The translations under genes and the position numbers were made by a program. Of a stretch of 64,000 bases of DNA, positions 63,424-64,000 are shown in pieces. The notes under the pieces were generated by a model, which saw only the letters and a program-made list of their open reading frames with translations, had not been told where the DNA came from and did no database searches. The stretch spans positions 128,001 to 192,000 of the forward strand of contig OZ001293.3 in NCBI GenBank assembly GCA_963921275.4, given 5' to 3'. This DNA is from an uncultured Hormoscilla sp. (lineage in GTDB: Bacteria > Cyanobacteriota > Cyanobacteriia > Cyanobacteriales > Desertifilaceae). Each line of letters opens with the position of its first letter. The stretch's first letter is position 1.

Positions 63424-63897
63424 ATGAAAAAGATGATTATCGGTGTAATGGGACCGGGTACTGGAGCCAAGGCCCAGGATCTGGAAAATGCCTATGAACT
63501 GGGCAGGCTAATTGCCGAACGGGGATGGGTACTGCTGACTGGCGGCAGGAATGTCGGGGTCATGGATGCTGCTAGTCGCGGGGCGAAGGCGGCTAATGGT
63601 TTGACGATCGGCATTCTCCCCAGCAGCGATAAAACAGGTATTTCCCCAGCGATCGATATTCCCATTATCACAGATTTGGGCAATGCTCGCAATAATATTA
63701 ACGTGCTTTCCTCTGATGTGGTGATTGCCTGTGGCATGAGTGCCGGGACAGCTTCGGAAATTGCTTTAGCCCTGAAAAGCCATAAGAAGGTAATTCTCTT
63801 AACCGATAATCAAGAAGCTAAAGCATTCTTCAGCCAACTGTCACCCAACCATGTTATGCTGAGCAATAGCCCAGAAGCGGCGATCAGGCTAATTTAG
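63424..63897 (+). CDS. TIGR00725/LOG-like protein
   Basis: TGG..GVMDAA..GA, ARN.IN, GT.SE. Confidence 0.88.
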   Translation: MKKMIIGVMGPGTGAKAQDLENAYELGRLIAERGWVLLTGGRNVGVMDAASRGAKAANGLTIGILPSSDKTGISPAIDIPIITDLGNARNNINVLSSDVVIACGMSAGTASEIALALKSHKKVILLTDNQEAKAFFSQLSPNHVMLSNSPEAAIRLI

Positions 63898-64000
63898 GCA
63901 TGTTAGACTCACGATCCGGCCCTTGGCTTAATTTATACCTTCATAAACTTTTAAAACAGCCTCTTAGGACTATTGGGAGTTTTTGATGTTTGCGGAATTT

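Overview
This is cyanobacterial chromosomal DNA, judged from dense HIP1 GCGATCGC sites, STRR heptamers and XisH/XisI, Uma2, KGK and Gvp genes. It mixes housekeeping genes (cysS, rsmA, hemY, ispE, tRNA-Val) with heavily rearranged accessory DNA and many true pseudogenes. Main candidate system (1-7023): a lamin-tail/lipase/RTX gene followed by a tandem array of modules. Each module pairs a near-invariant copy of the RTX tail with a divergent, mosaic 4-TM gene, which looks like a type I-secreted polymorphic lipase with a poly-immunity array. Other highlights: an ORF-less group II intron in an EndoU-like gene; a KGK/TA/HNH cassette locus and a toxin-immunity cassette, both with GTTGACAG promoter-like junctions; a TPR gene split by a 3.2 kb insert; a nested MITE with eight ~42-bp repeats; three tRNA-Val copies; and a ~2 kb non-cyanobacterial island carrying a TauD gene and a protein with a CWHxC tail. 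All family assignments come from motif recognition only; no searches were run.
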